Source of the DNA: Heptranchias perlo
Taxonomy: Eukaryota
Assembly: GCF_035084215.1 (NCBI RefSeq)
Contig: NC_090352.1
Coordinates: forward strand, 31,930,001-31,994,000
DNA length: 64,000 bases
Reading direction: 5' to 3'
Positions within the stretch are counted from its first letter, which is position 1; each line of letters opens with the position of its first letter. Positions 13,501 to 26,620 of the stretch are shown piece after piece. The position numbers and the translations under genes are program-made. A model generated the notes under the pieces. That model searched no databases. It saw nothing but the letters and a program-made list of their open reading frames with translations, and was not told the DNA's origin.

Positions 13501-16319
13501 TGGGCCAAATTGCATGGATTCTTTGGGCCGAATTGCATGTTTTGGTGTTGCAATTTCATATGTATTTCTATGACTCTCCTCTCCACCCTTCCGGGGATTA
13601 ATGTTTTACTTTCATGTCCCATTTCATCCAGTCGTGTCCACAACGAATAGACAACGGCTACCTGAAGAAAGGTGGGATTGAGTCACAGGCAGATCCCACA
13701 CCTTTCTTTTCAGGAGGCGATGACTCTGCTTATGCAACCACTGAGCATGACTCAGTTTTTACACATCCCAGCAAAAATCCCAAACCAGTGGCACTGCTGG
13801 CTTTCCAAGGGACCCCACCTTCAGATTAACCCCTGCTGTCTCCATGGAGGAGTTCCAATCTCAAAGAGGAATACAATTACTGTATGCAGGATGAAGCTAC
13901 TGCAATTTCATGAAAATCACCCACATGGAACTTCTTTAATAACAAGTAAGTAACCGGTTTGTTTAACGTGGTTCCAGTCCACTTCCATAGAGGTCACATA
14001 GGTAAACTGAGTTGGGTTTACCTACACATGGGAGTTATTAGGAGCATAATATGTTGTTGATCTCCAATGAATATGCCAACAGTACCAATTACTGAGCTCA
14101 TTTCACTTATGGGGACGACCTCGTAATTAACCCACTGAAGCTTGTGAATTATATGACTTTCACAATCACAAAATAAACTCAGCAATACACTGCTGTGGAT
14201 GCTATATTGCATTTATTATACATATATTATGTCATGATGATTAAAAATAGTGCTCAAAATGAATGGATTCAGTTAATTATCAAACATTTCCCAAGTTATG
14301 CATAGTATAGCCAGAGTAAAGCTCCATCTACTCTGTCCCAACAGTGCACTTCAACCAATTTCATATGTGCACTCCTCCAACTGAAACCAGTGTTGATGTC
14401 ACCATTTCCCACATTAACTTTTTTCAATAACATTACCAGTTTATGTTAAATTATATTTAGCTTATTGTCATGGACCCATTTCCACTAGGAACTGGGCTGA
14501 GACTGCCCAAGTCATTTCACGTAGAATCTTTATGGTTAGCAAAGAAAGGAAACGTTGATCCCATTAGCCTGAGACAATTCAAATCCAGAAGCCAGCCATG
14601 AAAGGCCAAAATTTGAATCCACTGTGCCACCCTGTGCCCCTGCTAAAATTACACAAATGGTCATCCTTTCCCTATATAATGTGTACACAAAGCAGGGGAG
14701 GTGTTGCCCAGCTTTGTGCAACAAGTTACAGCCGATATATATTGTACTCTGCAGTGTGCGGAAGCTGCCACAGCAAACCACAGCTTTTAATATTGTTGAG
14801 AGGATGGGAAAAAGGAGGCATAACTGTTTAAAATTGCAATCCCATATATACAGTTCTGGGAGTGGGCTTTCCCACGGACGTCAAGGGAAAATTCATTCAG
14901 CAATGCAGAAACCACATTTCTGGCTTGAATGGGTGGGCAGAGCGCTTGAACATCTGTGATCAGCGATCTTTATGTTTGCTATCGGCAACTTGGGAAGACC
15001 AACCTCTAAGTGGATTTTTGTACTGCCAGAGGTACCTGAACTATTCCATTTATTAAACACTGGATAATACACCTCAAATGCAATTTAACAGCCTCTTAAA
15101 ACTATAGCAAAGCACTAAGACATCACAACCGAGCATGAAGATCTCAAAACACTTTGCCCACCTTTTTAGAGCAATAACTGTGAAAGTTTTATTACTGTTA
15201 GAATTATTGAACTCTTTTGCCTATTCTGATGTGTTTTATCATTATATAAAATTTGAGGTACAATGTATGATAAGACTTTTTTTTAAACTAATGTGCATGA
15301 CTGAATATTCCACTGAATAATGAAAGTGTAAAAATAAATCATCTGTTGATGTATTTCTGTATAAAAATAATGCACATACTGCCCTGACTGATAGTGTTAA
15401 GTCCTTGGCTGAGCACATTGTTACATTTGGAGAGCTTGTACTATAGATTTATTACAATGGGTGGGAAGAATGACCTAGAGAAAAGATCAACCAGCACAAA
15501 GTTGAATCATTCTTCCTGAGTTTATCTTGAGACAGCTGACAAACCATATCAAATAAAAAACTGTGGAGGCATTGTCTCCCGTACAGGAGATATGGAGTTC
15601 AGGCTGGAAACTCTAGTAAAATACCTTGGCTGAGCAGGGGGACAAGGCTGCTGATGAATCATCGCTGTGTTGTAACAAGTTCCCAGCAGGAACCAAGTGA
15701 ATGGAAACTGCAACTATAGCACATGAATGAGCTTTAGGAACATTTTTTGCTGCACCAGAAAATGTGCAATGCAATAGTGAAAAGATGATTTTTTAAAAAT
15801 TGATCAGCATCTAGAATTGCTGTTTTTTCAAATTAGATAGAGGTGGGATAAGGGAAGATGTAATGTTCTGAAACTATTGCCTCTGTAAAATGACAATATT
15901 CAAACTTAATCTTCAGAATGTGGCATTTAATTCAATACATTTTAAACATCCACCTAATATGTCACTCAGAGGTTTTGTAAATAAGGGCTAATTTCCAGGA
16001 GTGCCACAGTTAATCTTTTCCTTTGAAAGGTGCAATATGATTTCATCTAAAATTGTGTCAGAAATTATTAGCTTTAAAGACTGCAAAGAATTATAGGCTT
16101 AAATAATTTATACAGTTCTGATATGAGATCATAGAATTGTACAAAGAAACAGACCATCAAGTCGATGCCAGTGTTTTTCTCCATCAGCCTCAAAGGCTAA
16201 TGGCCCTCTTCTGCATACATGGATTTCTTGAGACTTCCTGTTTGTCAGGCTTATTTCCATGCTTTTCTGATAATGGGTAGCAACACCTCAAGTGATGCCT
16301 GAAGTGCAACATTAAGACT

Positions 16320-16742
16320 TGTTACCGCTCCGGCAACTCCTCGATTTTAAAATTCCCATCCTTGTTTTCAAATCCCTCTATGGCCTTGCCCCTCCCTATC
16401 TCTGTAACCTCCCTCCAGCCCTGCAACCCTCCGAGATCTCTGCGCTCCTCCAATTCTGGCCAGTTGCGTATCCCCAATTTCAATTGTTCCCCCATGGGCG
16501 GCCGTGCCTTCAGCTGCCTACGCCCTAAGCTCTGGAATTCCCTCCCTAAACCTCTCCACCTCGCTACCTCCCTCCCCTCCTTTAAGACACTCCTTAAAAT
16601 CTACTTCTTTAACCAAGCTTTTGGTCACCTGTCCCAATATCTCCTTATGTGGCTCAGTGTCAAATTTTGTTTGATGACACTCCTGTGAAGCGCCTTGGGA
16701 TGTTTTACTATGTTAATGGCGCTATATAAATGCAAGTTGTTC
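16320..16742 (+). mobile_element. L2 LINE 3' end
   Basis: DFKIPILVFKSLYGLAPPYL..GGRAFS..PKLWNSLP. Confidence 0.87.
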
Positions 16743-17289
16743 TACACTAACACCTGCTAGTCGGTCATCCCACCATTAGTGGTGTTGTGGTGTGAGTTGC
16801 CCAGATTTGCTTGCCATTTTAGTCCAACACAGCATAATAAATACCATTACTTCCAACTAACTGAACAAGGCCATGGAAGATTTGCTAGTTTCCTTTAATA
16901 ATCATCTTCAAGATAGAAGAACTAGAACTATAAATATATCTCACATTTATAAACATAAATAAATAACTTAGTATAAAATGTCTGGTTCTGAAAAGACCCA
17001 TGTAGTTTATTTTTAAATAAGTATATATGTGTATCCTCATTCCTCTATCTGAAATTTATCTAGTACCCCTACCCAGTCAGACCTGCCTCCCCCCAGATCA
17101 GACAATATGACAAAGCGAGTCTATCATGTGTTGTCTGGTGACTGGAGGTCTCGTTACAGGTGGCCCTCCTTACCCCGGTTGCATTAAAAAAAACTTGAGG
17201 TTAATTACTCCACTTCAAAATTATTTTTTAAAAAGCCAGATGCTTGAAGTGATTACAATCTACTTCTGTTAATTCAAAAAGTTGCTTAA

Positions 17290-17510
17290 AAAGAAAAGAA
17301 AGACTTGCATTTATATAGGGCCTTTCATGACCATTGGACACCCCAAAGACTTTACAGTCAATTAAGTACTTTAGAAGTGTAGTCACTGTTGTAAGGTAGG
17401 AAACACGACAACCAATCTGTGCACAGCAAGCTCCCACAAACAGCAATGTGATGATGACCAGATAACCTGTTTTAAGTGATGTTGGTTGAGAGATAAATAT
17501 TGGCCAGCAA
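17290..17510 (-). mobile_element. Deu-type SINE 3' half
   Basis: (AAAG)n then ACTTGCATTTATATAG..GCAAGCTCCCACAAACAGC. Confidence 0.8.
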
Positions 17511-18982
17511 ATAACAAAGCCAAACAAATTAAATAAAGAATTAAATCAAAAAGAAAGATGAATAAACTAAATGAAAGGGGTAAGCAACAGATTCCAAATT
17601 CATCAGGACTGGCACCAATATATGGTACAGGAAAGGAAGAATTGAGAGCACATTTGTGAGCTTGTTTGCAACAAACGCCAGATGGAAATCCTGGAGAATA
17701 TTCGTGTTGCAAAGCACGTTTTCAGAAAACCTGCAATCACAAATTTTCATTCATAAACCCACGTCTACAGCCTACTGTGATCTGTCATCAGATTGCATCA
17801 CATAATTGCATTACTCATGTTCGTTCATTCATTCTCCCTCCTGTATATTATCTGGCACAATAATCCCACATAGGGTTAGAGAACTATATTACAATTCAGT
17901 TTATGGTTCTCCGTTTCCACCCTCTCCATTATTTGGCTAGTCACAAGGATCACTGCATATTAAAGAAACTGTTAAACCTGCGAAACGTCACGTTAAAATA
18001 ATTAATCAGAGCCTATTTAAAAAAATCTCTGGGAGCAATACTTTCCTTTTACTTGTACAGGTTTTCCACAGAATTTATTCAAATACCAATAAATTTCACC
18101 CCATCCTCATCCTAAAATTGTTTTCTTTAAATCCTAAACCATGTGACTGAATTCAGTTGATCTCATCGTGGTTTGACTGTAACGTCAATAGTTACATCAT
18201 AAATAATATCCCCGGATTAAATATAAATATATATGAAACGGAAACCCCGGTGGGTGTTTTTTTTTGGTGGGGAGGTCTTTAATTGAACAGCAGATCTGGA
18301 TGTGTTTAGATGTAATAGGGTAAATCAGGACTCTGCTAATCCCCCACCCCCACGGTGTGTTTGTGTTTCTATCGTATTACATTGCCACTCCCTCCCATAC
18401 TGGGACTGAGCTACACCCAAAAAGAAACTTGTCAGGTGAAGATTCCTTTCACAAGCCGAAACCCCTTCGCCTGACTCACAGCAAGCACCTTGCTAATTGC
18501 TCTTTGCGCAGGAAGAATCCATCTCCTCCCCGACAGGCGGATAATGGCTGGAGATCAGCAGCCAGAACCGAACCGAACCCTCAGTGCCAGTACCTACCTT
18601 ACAAACATTAATCCGGTCCTGGGCTCTCGCACTCGGGGGCATGTCTGTGAAGCTCCCAGTGACAGAGAGCGGAACACCCAGCCGGCGCATCTCTTAACAT
18701 TGTAGAGCTGGGCAATGAGATGATGGTGACTGAAGTGGCCATAGAATGTTCTGAACACAAACCAGTGCAATACATCACAATGCCATGGCATTATATTAAA
18801 AAAAAGGGAACATCACACGCAAAAACATCCATTAACACCACATGCAATGCAAAAATAATAATACATAAGGTGATATAAATGTCAGGTCCCTCAACATGAA
18901 AGTGATTATTAACAGGAGGAGCTGCTGTTTGCAACATTTGCTCTCATGTAACAAAATAATGTCAGGCGATGTATCCAATTAC

Positions 18983-19057
18983 CTCTCTTTTGACGTTCCA
19001 CAGCAGCTTCTGCTTCGCGTCTTCCTCCGAGCAGCCCGTGGTTTTTGAGGTTGACAT
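18983..19057 (-). CDS. SGSM2: SGSM2 (RUTBC1) first coding exon
   Basis: Manual translation MSTSKTTGCSEEDAKQKLLWNVKRE matches the SGSM2 N-terminus (human ..EDAVKEKLLWNVKKE|VKQIMEE). Kozak context GCCGCCGACATG, phase-0 donor GAG|GTAATT, inside a CpG island. Exon 2 not found in window. Confidence 0.88.
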
Positions 19058-19275
19058 GTCGGCGGCCGGTGAGAACACAAACTAAGATAAATATAAGAGG
19101 GGTGAGGAGGGGACGGGACGGACGGTCTTCTTCTTTTCCTTGCAGCTGAGAGCTCGCCGCCACTGCCGCGAGACGCCACCTAGAGCGCGAGACTGGAGCC
19201 CGGCTGACGTCACGGGGAAGCGAGGTGCAGCCCACCTGGATACGGGACCCCAATCCCCCCAGTCCCACCTCCCCC
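19058..19275 (-). promoter_or_regulatory. SGSM2 5'UTR/CpG-island promoter with full CRE (TGACGTCA, 19205-19212)
   Basis: CpG-dense stretch directly upstream of the ATG; palindromic CRE visible. Confidence 0.7.
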
Positions 19276-19277
19276 TC

Positions 19278-21063
19278 AGAGAGAGAGAGAGAAAGATAGG
19301 GGGGAGGATTCCCCAAAGAGAGAGAGGGGGGGGCTGGATTCCCCAGAGAAAGAGAGGGGGGGGCTGGATTCCCCAGAGAAAGAGAGGGGGGGGGGCTGGA
19401 TTCCCCAGAGAAAGAGAGGGGGGGGGGCTGGATTCCCCAGAGAAAAAGCGGGGGGGGGGGGCTGGATTCCCCAGAGAAAGAGAGGGGGGGGCTGGATTCC
19501 CCAGAGAAAGAGAGGGGGGGGCTGGATTCCCCAGAGAAAGAGAGGGGGGCTGGATTCCCCAGAGAAAGAGAGGGGGGCTGGATTCCCCAGAGAAAGAGAG
19601 GGGGGGCTGGATTCCCCAGAGAAAGAGAGGGGGGGCTGGATTCCCCAGAGAAAGAGAGGGGGGGGGCTGGATTCCCCAGAGAAAGAGAGGGGGGGGGCTG
19701 GATTCCCCAGAGAAAGAGAGGGGGGGCTGGATTCCCCAGAGAAAGAGAGGGGGGGCTGGATTCCCCAGAGAAAGAGAGGGGGGGGGCTGGATTCCCCAGA
19801 GAAAGAGAGGGGGGGCTGGATTCTCCAGAGAAAGAGAGGGGGGGCTGGATTCTCCAGAGAAAGAGAGGGGGGGCTGGATTCCCCAGAGAAAGAGAGGGGG
19901 GGCTGGATTCCCCAGAGAAAGAGAGGGGGGCTGGATTCCACAGAGAAAGAGAGGGGGGGGGGCTGGATTCCCCAGAGAAAGAGAGGGGGGGGCTGGATTC
20001 CCCAGAGAAAGAGAGGGGGGGCTGGATTCCCCAGAGAAAGAGAGGGGGGGGGGCTGGATTCCCCAGAGAAAGAGAGGGGGGGGCTGGATTCCCCAGAGAA
20101 AGAGAGGGGGGGGCTGGATTCCCCAGAGAAAGAGAGGGGGGGGGCTGGATTCCCCAGAGAAAGAGAGGGGGGGCTGGATTCCCCAGAGATGGGAGGGGGC
20201 AGGATTCCCCCAGAGAGGGGAGGGGGCAGGATTCCCCCAGAGAGAAGGGGGGGCAGGATTCCCCCGAGAGAGAGGGGGGGCAGGATTCCCCCGAGAGAGA
20301 GGGGGGGCAGGATTACCCCGAGAGAGAGGGGGGCAGGATTCCCCCGAGAGAGAGGGGGGCAGGATTCCCCAGAGAGAGAGGGGGGGCAGGATTCCCCCAG
20401 AGAGAAGGGGGGACAGGATTCCCCCAGAGAGACAGGGGGCAAAATTCCCCAGAGAGAGGGGGGGCAGGATTCCCCAGAGAGAGGGGGGGCAGGATTCCCC
20501 AGAGAGAGGGGGGGCAGGATTCCCCAGAGAGAGGGGGGGCAGGATTCCCCAGAGAGAGGGGGGGCAGGATTCCCCAGAGAGAGGGGGGGCAGGATTCCCC
20601 AGAGAGAGGGGGGGCAGGATTCCCCAGAGAGAGGGGGGGCAGGATTCCCCAGAGAGAGGGGGGGCAGGATTCCCCAGAGAGAGGGGGGGCAGGATTCCCC
20701 AGAGAGAGGGGGGGCAGGATTCCCCAGAGAGAGAGAAAGGGGGTGGCAGGATTCCCCCAGAGAGAGTAAGGAGGGGGGGGGCAGGATTCCCCCAGAGAGA
20801 GAGAAAGGGGGGCAGGATTCCCCAGAGAGAGGGGGCAGGATTCCCAAAGAAAGAGAGAGAGGGGGGGCAGGATTCCCCAGAGAGAGAGGGGGGCAGGATT
20901 CCCAAAGAAAGAGAGAGGGGGGGCAGGATTCCCCAGAGAGAGAGATAGAGGGGGGGGCAGGATTCCCCAGAGAGGGAGAGAGAGGGGGGGCAGGATTCCC
21001 AAAGAGAGAGAGAGAGAGAGGGAGCTGGATTCCCAGAAAGGGAGAGGGGTAGGATTCCCCAGA
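19278..21063. repeat. Compound G-rich minisatellite (~60 units, estimated)
   Basis: Unit A, G(6-12)CTGGATTCCCCAGAGAAAGAGA (~28-33 bp), ~19320-20190. Unit B, G7CAGGATTCCCCAGAGAGA (25 bp), ~20190-21063, with a perfect block at ~20451-20730. Confidence 0.97.
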
Positions 21064-22200
21064 CATCGAGCCCACAGAGATCCCAGAGAGAGGGGCGGAG
21101 ACCCCCAGATAGACCCCGAGAGATAGAGGCAGGGTCTCCCAGAGGGACCCCTAGGATGACAAGGACTCCCAGAGGGAGAAAGGCAGGGTTCCCTAAAGAG
21201 AGACCCCCATAAAAGGAGGCAAGAACCCAGAGAGAGAGGAGAAAGGACCGGGTTCTCTAGAGAGAGCAAGGCTTCCCAGAGAGAGACCCCCTCGTCCGAG
21301 AGTGGGGCATGGACCCTGAGAGAGAGAGAGAGCCCTAGAGAGGCAAAGATCCCCAGAGGGTGATTATCTGAAATCACAGATAGCAGTGAGCCCTCTGAAA
21401 TACCCCCAGGTGAGAGGGATCTGTCTTCCAGACTCCCAAAGAGAGTCAGAGAGCAGAGAGATCCTTTGAGATCTCTAAGAAAGGGGAGATCTCCAGGGAG
21501 GCAGAGACCCCCTGACAGAACCCTAAAGGGGGAACCTTCTGGGAGACTCCCAGAAATAGAGGATTTTCCAAGACCTCCAGAGGAAAGGACATGGGCTCTA
21601 TGATAAAAGTAACTCTGAGAGAGAATGATTGACCTCCCCGGAGGGAGGGGGACCTCCTGAGAGATGATCCCTCAAAAATAAGCATTCCTAGAGATTCCCA
21701 GAGAAAGAAAGTAAGGACCCTCTGAGAAGGTGATGTAGAGACCTCCAGAAAGGTGGAATCATTTGAAAGACCCACAGTGATTATTATAAGGATTTCCTGA
21801 GAGACTGCCAGAATAGAAGGTAACTGTGACACCAGAGAGAAAAAGGGACTATCTGAGAGGACCCTTCTGAAAGATCTCCAGATAGAGACAGCCCCTCTGA
21901 GAGATTCCAGTGAGAGGGAGGAATTTTCTAAGAGACTCCTGGAGAGAAAGAGGTTCTCTGAGACTCCCATAGAGAGATGCAAAATTCCCCAGAGAAAGAG
22001 AGGGACACTTTGAGAGATCAACAGAGACTGAGGCCACCAGACTCACAGAACCTTGAGATTGAGAGACCACCTGCAGGATAGGTTCCCAAGATAATGATTA
22101 CCAGAGTTTGCCCACAGAGGATCATTAGAGAATCATGAAACTGATACCCCGAGAGAAATTGAGACCATCCAGAGAACCGTGGGGCCTTTTTTATTGTGAA
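21064..22200. repeat. Decayed continuation of the minisatellite
   Basis: Recurrent CCCAGAGA/GAGAGA words and the same purine strand bias, with periodicity lost. Confidence 0.6.
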
Positions 22201-24254
22201 AACCAAGATGAAGAGCTTAGGCCATAGGTCAGGATAACACCAAAGTTGAAAAGAGTAGAAGAGAAAATGAGGTCAATCAGGAAGTAGTGATTAGGTAATG
22301 CCAAACTTGGGTTTTAAAAATGAAGATCACAGGAGAAAGGAAAGACTGAAGGAATTCAGGAGTTCCAGAGTTTTGGGGGTCTTGGGATAGAACAAGTGAG
22401 AGCAGGTGGCTGCGCGATAATTCTTGAATTCTACACGATGAAGATGCAGGGGCGAGAATACATAAGACAGCATATTTTCAGCATAAAAGGAACGAAAGAA
22501 ATATTCAAAGGAGCACTTATCACCATAGTATTGATAAACTAGAATGATAAGATTGTTTATGACATAAAGAGAGAGGGATAGGTTCAAGATTAGAAATTAG
22601 AGAGAAACGTTTTCTATTGTCCTGTCAGGAATGTGAGAGGGATGTTGGAAGAGCCTCTTCAGAGATGGGAACAATGTTCAATTCTTGAACAGAATTTGGC
22701 TCTACAGAGAGTCAAGAGTTGTTGAGCGAGGAAAGGGAATGTTTTGCATGAAAGAGGAAACCAAACTTTTGGAAGGCAAGTTTAGCAATATAGGAATGTG
22801 GGAGGTCAGAGCAGACAGTGAGGCCAACAATTTGAAAGAAAAAAAGACTGAGGATGAAGGTAAGAAGTGGCATTTGTTGCTTAAACTTACAGGAGGCATA
22901 AGGAAATTGTCTTTGAAGAATTGAAAGAAATAGAATCCAGGATAAGATGACACATCTCTGTCACAGATAGAAGAATCAGAAGAGTAAAAACAGCAGTTGG
23001 ACTATGGAAACAGCTGAGAGACCACACAAAGGCATCTTAATCTGAGGCCACACCCAGGAAGATGGGACCTCTAGACTGAGAATTCAACAAGAACAGGACC
23101 CCGGGACTGAGAGAGAGGGGAAAAAACATAAGTGATAGGATTGTATAACTGACAACCAGAAAGACAGGGCCTTGAGACTGCCCAAAGAGAGAGGGACCCC
23201 AAGTTAGAAAGACCACCCATAGGGACCAGAGACAGGGATCCAAAAGCGTGAAAAAACCCCCAAAGAGACCTGAGATAAGCATCGAGTCGACAAAGTAATA
23301 AGGAGCCTGAGGCTGATAAACAGTGAGACAGCCCAGAGGACAGCAATGAGACAGCAGAAATGGAGCACCGAGACCAAGTACCCATCTGAGACTCCAATGT
23401 GGTACCACCGACAGCGAGATCCAGACAGGGCCATTGACAGCTGGTCCCAAACACGAGCTCTGACGCACCTAGCAACACCCAACAATCACAAGCTGGTTTG
23501 CTAACATTAGAGAGAATAGTGCCAACAAAACACACCGGCATCGTTCAAAGCAAACATTAAAGGAATGTAATTTATACTTGAATGGGCTACATTCCTGCTC
23601 GGCTCAATTATTAGATCAAATGTAGTCTTTTTATCCCTGATGTCGCTACATATCCCACCAGAAGCGACATACTTTACACACAGATCTGGGACACCTTTCA
23701 TATAGCTTGATCTTCAGAATTTCTTGGGTTTTACAAAAACACACATTGATTATCGTGAATAACCGTTCCCCTACCCAGAACATAACAGCGTCTCCCTCTT
23801 CAAGCTATTCAACTATCGGGTGAGCCAGACCCTCATTCCCCGAAGCCGGAGCCTAACTTTCTCGCCGGGACACTGCTCAGAAAGGGGGAGTCGCAGGCCA
23901 GCGAATCTAGTCTCCGGTGAGACGGAGAGTCATTAAATGAGCTTCTCGGTATCTCAGTTGCTTAGTGAAGTGGCTGCGTATGGGCGTATTGGTTGTTATC
24001 AGATGTTTCTTTCTATATGTGGATGTTATCACAAGGACTCCGGTTACGTCAAAGCGCGAACTGCTGAGAAACGGCGCAAATTAGAGTTAATTGGAGGCTG
24101 TTTCGCATCGTCACAGTTGCACTGAGCTGACAGGAGTTATGTGCTGTGTCAGACCACAGAAAATACCGTGAGCCGAGAAATGAGCTGTTAGCCGGAAATG
24201 TGCACAGCTAGCGGAAGGAATTCAACTATTAGAATATATTTTTATAAAATAATA

Positions 24255-24530
24255 CTCGCATTTCTCATCCTAGTGTTTACATCTTTCAATGGCCTCGCCC
24301 CTCCCTATCACTATGACCTTCCCCTCCCCACTTTCCATTCCCCCCACTCTGACCTTTTATCCATCCCGCCTTTCCTTTGCCCCATCATTGGTCCACGATC
24401 TGGAATTCCCTCTCTAACCCCCCTCCCCCCCCCGCCTCTTCACCTCCCTCTTAAAACTTTTGATGGTATCTTTGTGAAGCAACGTTTTCCTATGTTAAAG
24501 CCGATACATCAACGCAAATTGTTTATTAAA
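24255..24530 (+). mobile_element. Degraded L2 3' end
   Basis: ATGGCCTCGCCCCTCCCTATC..TCTGGAATTCCCTC blocks. Confidence 0.65.
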
Positions 24531-24594
24531 CAGCGACCTTCTGCAAAACGTCTCCAAATACATCACATACAGTGAATTATTTTCGAAGTGCAGT

Positions 24595-25810
24595 GAATGA
24601 GGTCACAGAGAGGGTAGATGAGGGCAATGCAGTTGATGTGGCAAGAATGGACTTTCAAAAGGTGTTTGATTAAGTGCCGCAAAATAGGCTTGTCATCAAG
24701 ATTGAAGTCCATGGTATAAAGGGGGCAATAGCAGCATGGATACAAAATTGGCTAAGTAATAGGAAGGAGAGAGTAGCGGTGAACGGTTGTTTTTCGGACT
24801 GGAGGGAGGTGTACAGTGGTGTTCCCCAGGGGTCGGTACTAGGACCACTGCTTTTCTTGATGTATATTAATGACTTTGACTTGGGTGTACAGGGCACAAT
24901 TTCAAAATTTGCAGATGACACAAAACTTGGATATGTAGTGAACAGCAGGGAGGATAGTGACAAACTTCAAGAGAATATAGACAGGCTGGTGACATGGGCG
25001 GATGTGTGGCAGATGAAATTTAACGCAGAAAAATGCAAAGTGATACATTTTGGTAAGAAGAACGAGGAGAGGCAATATAATCCAGAGGGCACAACTCTAA
25101 AAGGGGTACAGGAACAGAGAGATCTGGGGGTATATATGCACAAATTGTTGAAGGTGGCAGGGCAGGTTGAGAAAGCGGTTAAAAAAGCATATGGGATCCT
25201 GGGCTTTATAAATAGAGGCATAGAATACAAAAGCAAAAAGACATGATGAACCTTTATAAAACACTGGTTCAACCACAACTGGAGTATTGTGTCCAGTTCT
25301 GGGCACCGCACTTTAGGAAAGATGTGAAGGCCTTAGAGAGATTGCAGAAAAGATTTACTAGAATGATTCTAGGGATGAGGGACTTTAGTTATGTGGATAG
25401 ACTGGAGAAGCTGGGGTTGTTCTCCTTGGAACAGAGAAGATTGAGAGGAGATTTGATAGAGGTATTTAAAATCATGAAGGGTCTAGACAGAATAGAGAGA
25501 AACTGTTCCCATTGGCAGAAGGGTCAAGAACCAGAGGACATAGATTTTAGATGATTGGCAAAAGAACCAAAGGTGACATGAGGATAAACTTTTTTACGCA
25601 GGGAGTGGTTATGATCTGGAATGCACTGCGGGGGGAGTGTTGGAGGCAGATTCAATCGTAGCTTTCAAAAGGGAACTGGATAAGTACTTGAAAGGAAAAA
25701 AATTGCAGGACGGGGGAGTGGGTCTAGCTGGATTGCTCTTGTATAAAGCCCGCTCGGACTCCATGGACCGAATGGCCTCCTTCCGTACTGTAACCGTTCT
25801 ATGATTCGGT
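24595..25810 (+). mobile_element. CR1 LINE 3' portion
   Basis: [28 protein letters not shown]; TTCTATGATTC tail. Confidence 0.95.
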
Positions 25811-26475
25811 GAATGCTGTGAGATAGCAAAACGTAGCAGCAATGTCCCACTTAAACAAAACATTGGATAAGAATTCCTCTGGTATCTTTGTTTAACAACA
25901 TTGCTATTGTGAAGATTTCCCTTGTTCCATGTTTCAAATGAAATCGTAAACTGTTACAAATTCGCTAAAAATAACGACCAGAGGAAATGCATGTATGATA
26001 CTAACACAGCCACCAGAGGACGTATATTTGCAATGCTGCTAATACAGCGATTTGATGAATTATTTTTACCATGTTGTTAGCACTTAGGAATAAGAGGGAA
26101 TATATTCAGGATGTTGTAACCAAATAGGGGCCAAAGGAAATAAATGTAAAATGTCACAAACACATAGCGACCCCAGGGAAACCTCCTTCTGCCCCCTTTC
26201 TCATGATAAATGACCAGATAATTTTTTTTGATTGAGAGAGGAATGTTGGTCAGGGCACCCCATCAGACGTCAGTGGCAACTTACTGAGCTGCATCTTGGA
26301 CGTGTAAATACCTAGCCTTCTGAAAAATATAAAGGCCAGAATCAAAAGGTGGGGAGTTAACGCGCCGCACATTTTCACAAATGGAAAGATCCGCGTTTAA
26401 ATAAGATTTTTTTTTGATACAAGGAGTTGGGTCAATAATTTGAGAAGTGCGAGCCTGGAGAAAGTAAAAGAGGGG

Positions 26476-26620
26476 AAAAGCAAAAAAAAATCTGCAACTG
26501 CTGGAAATCTGAAACTAAAACAGAAAATGTTGGAGACACTCAGCAGGGGAGAGAGGTAGCAGGTGTGGGGATGACGAGGGGAGTGGACGATTCGGGGTTG
26601 GATCCTTGATCGAAAGTGGC
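26476..26620 (-). mobile_element. Degenerate fragment of another Penelope-type terminal repeat
   Basis: CTGCTGGAAATCTGAAACTAAAACAGAAAATGTTGGAGACACTCAGCAGG resembles a common elasmobranch repeat (recalled); eroded hammerhead-like remnant near 26588-26615. Confidence 0.45.

Noticed and set aside
18594-18791. ORF containing QLYNVKR, similar to SGSM2 LLWNVKR
   Set aside because: Only four identical residues and no flanking similarity; likely chance.
19278-21063. CRISPR-like regularly spaced repeats
   Set aside because: No unique spacers, no cas genes, vertebrate context; a simple tandem array.
19082-21377. Overlapping 287-607 aa ORFs on both strands
   Set aside because: Stop-free translations of the minisatellite; low complexity, with frames shifting as G-run length varies.
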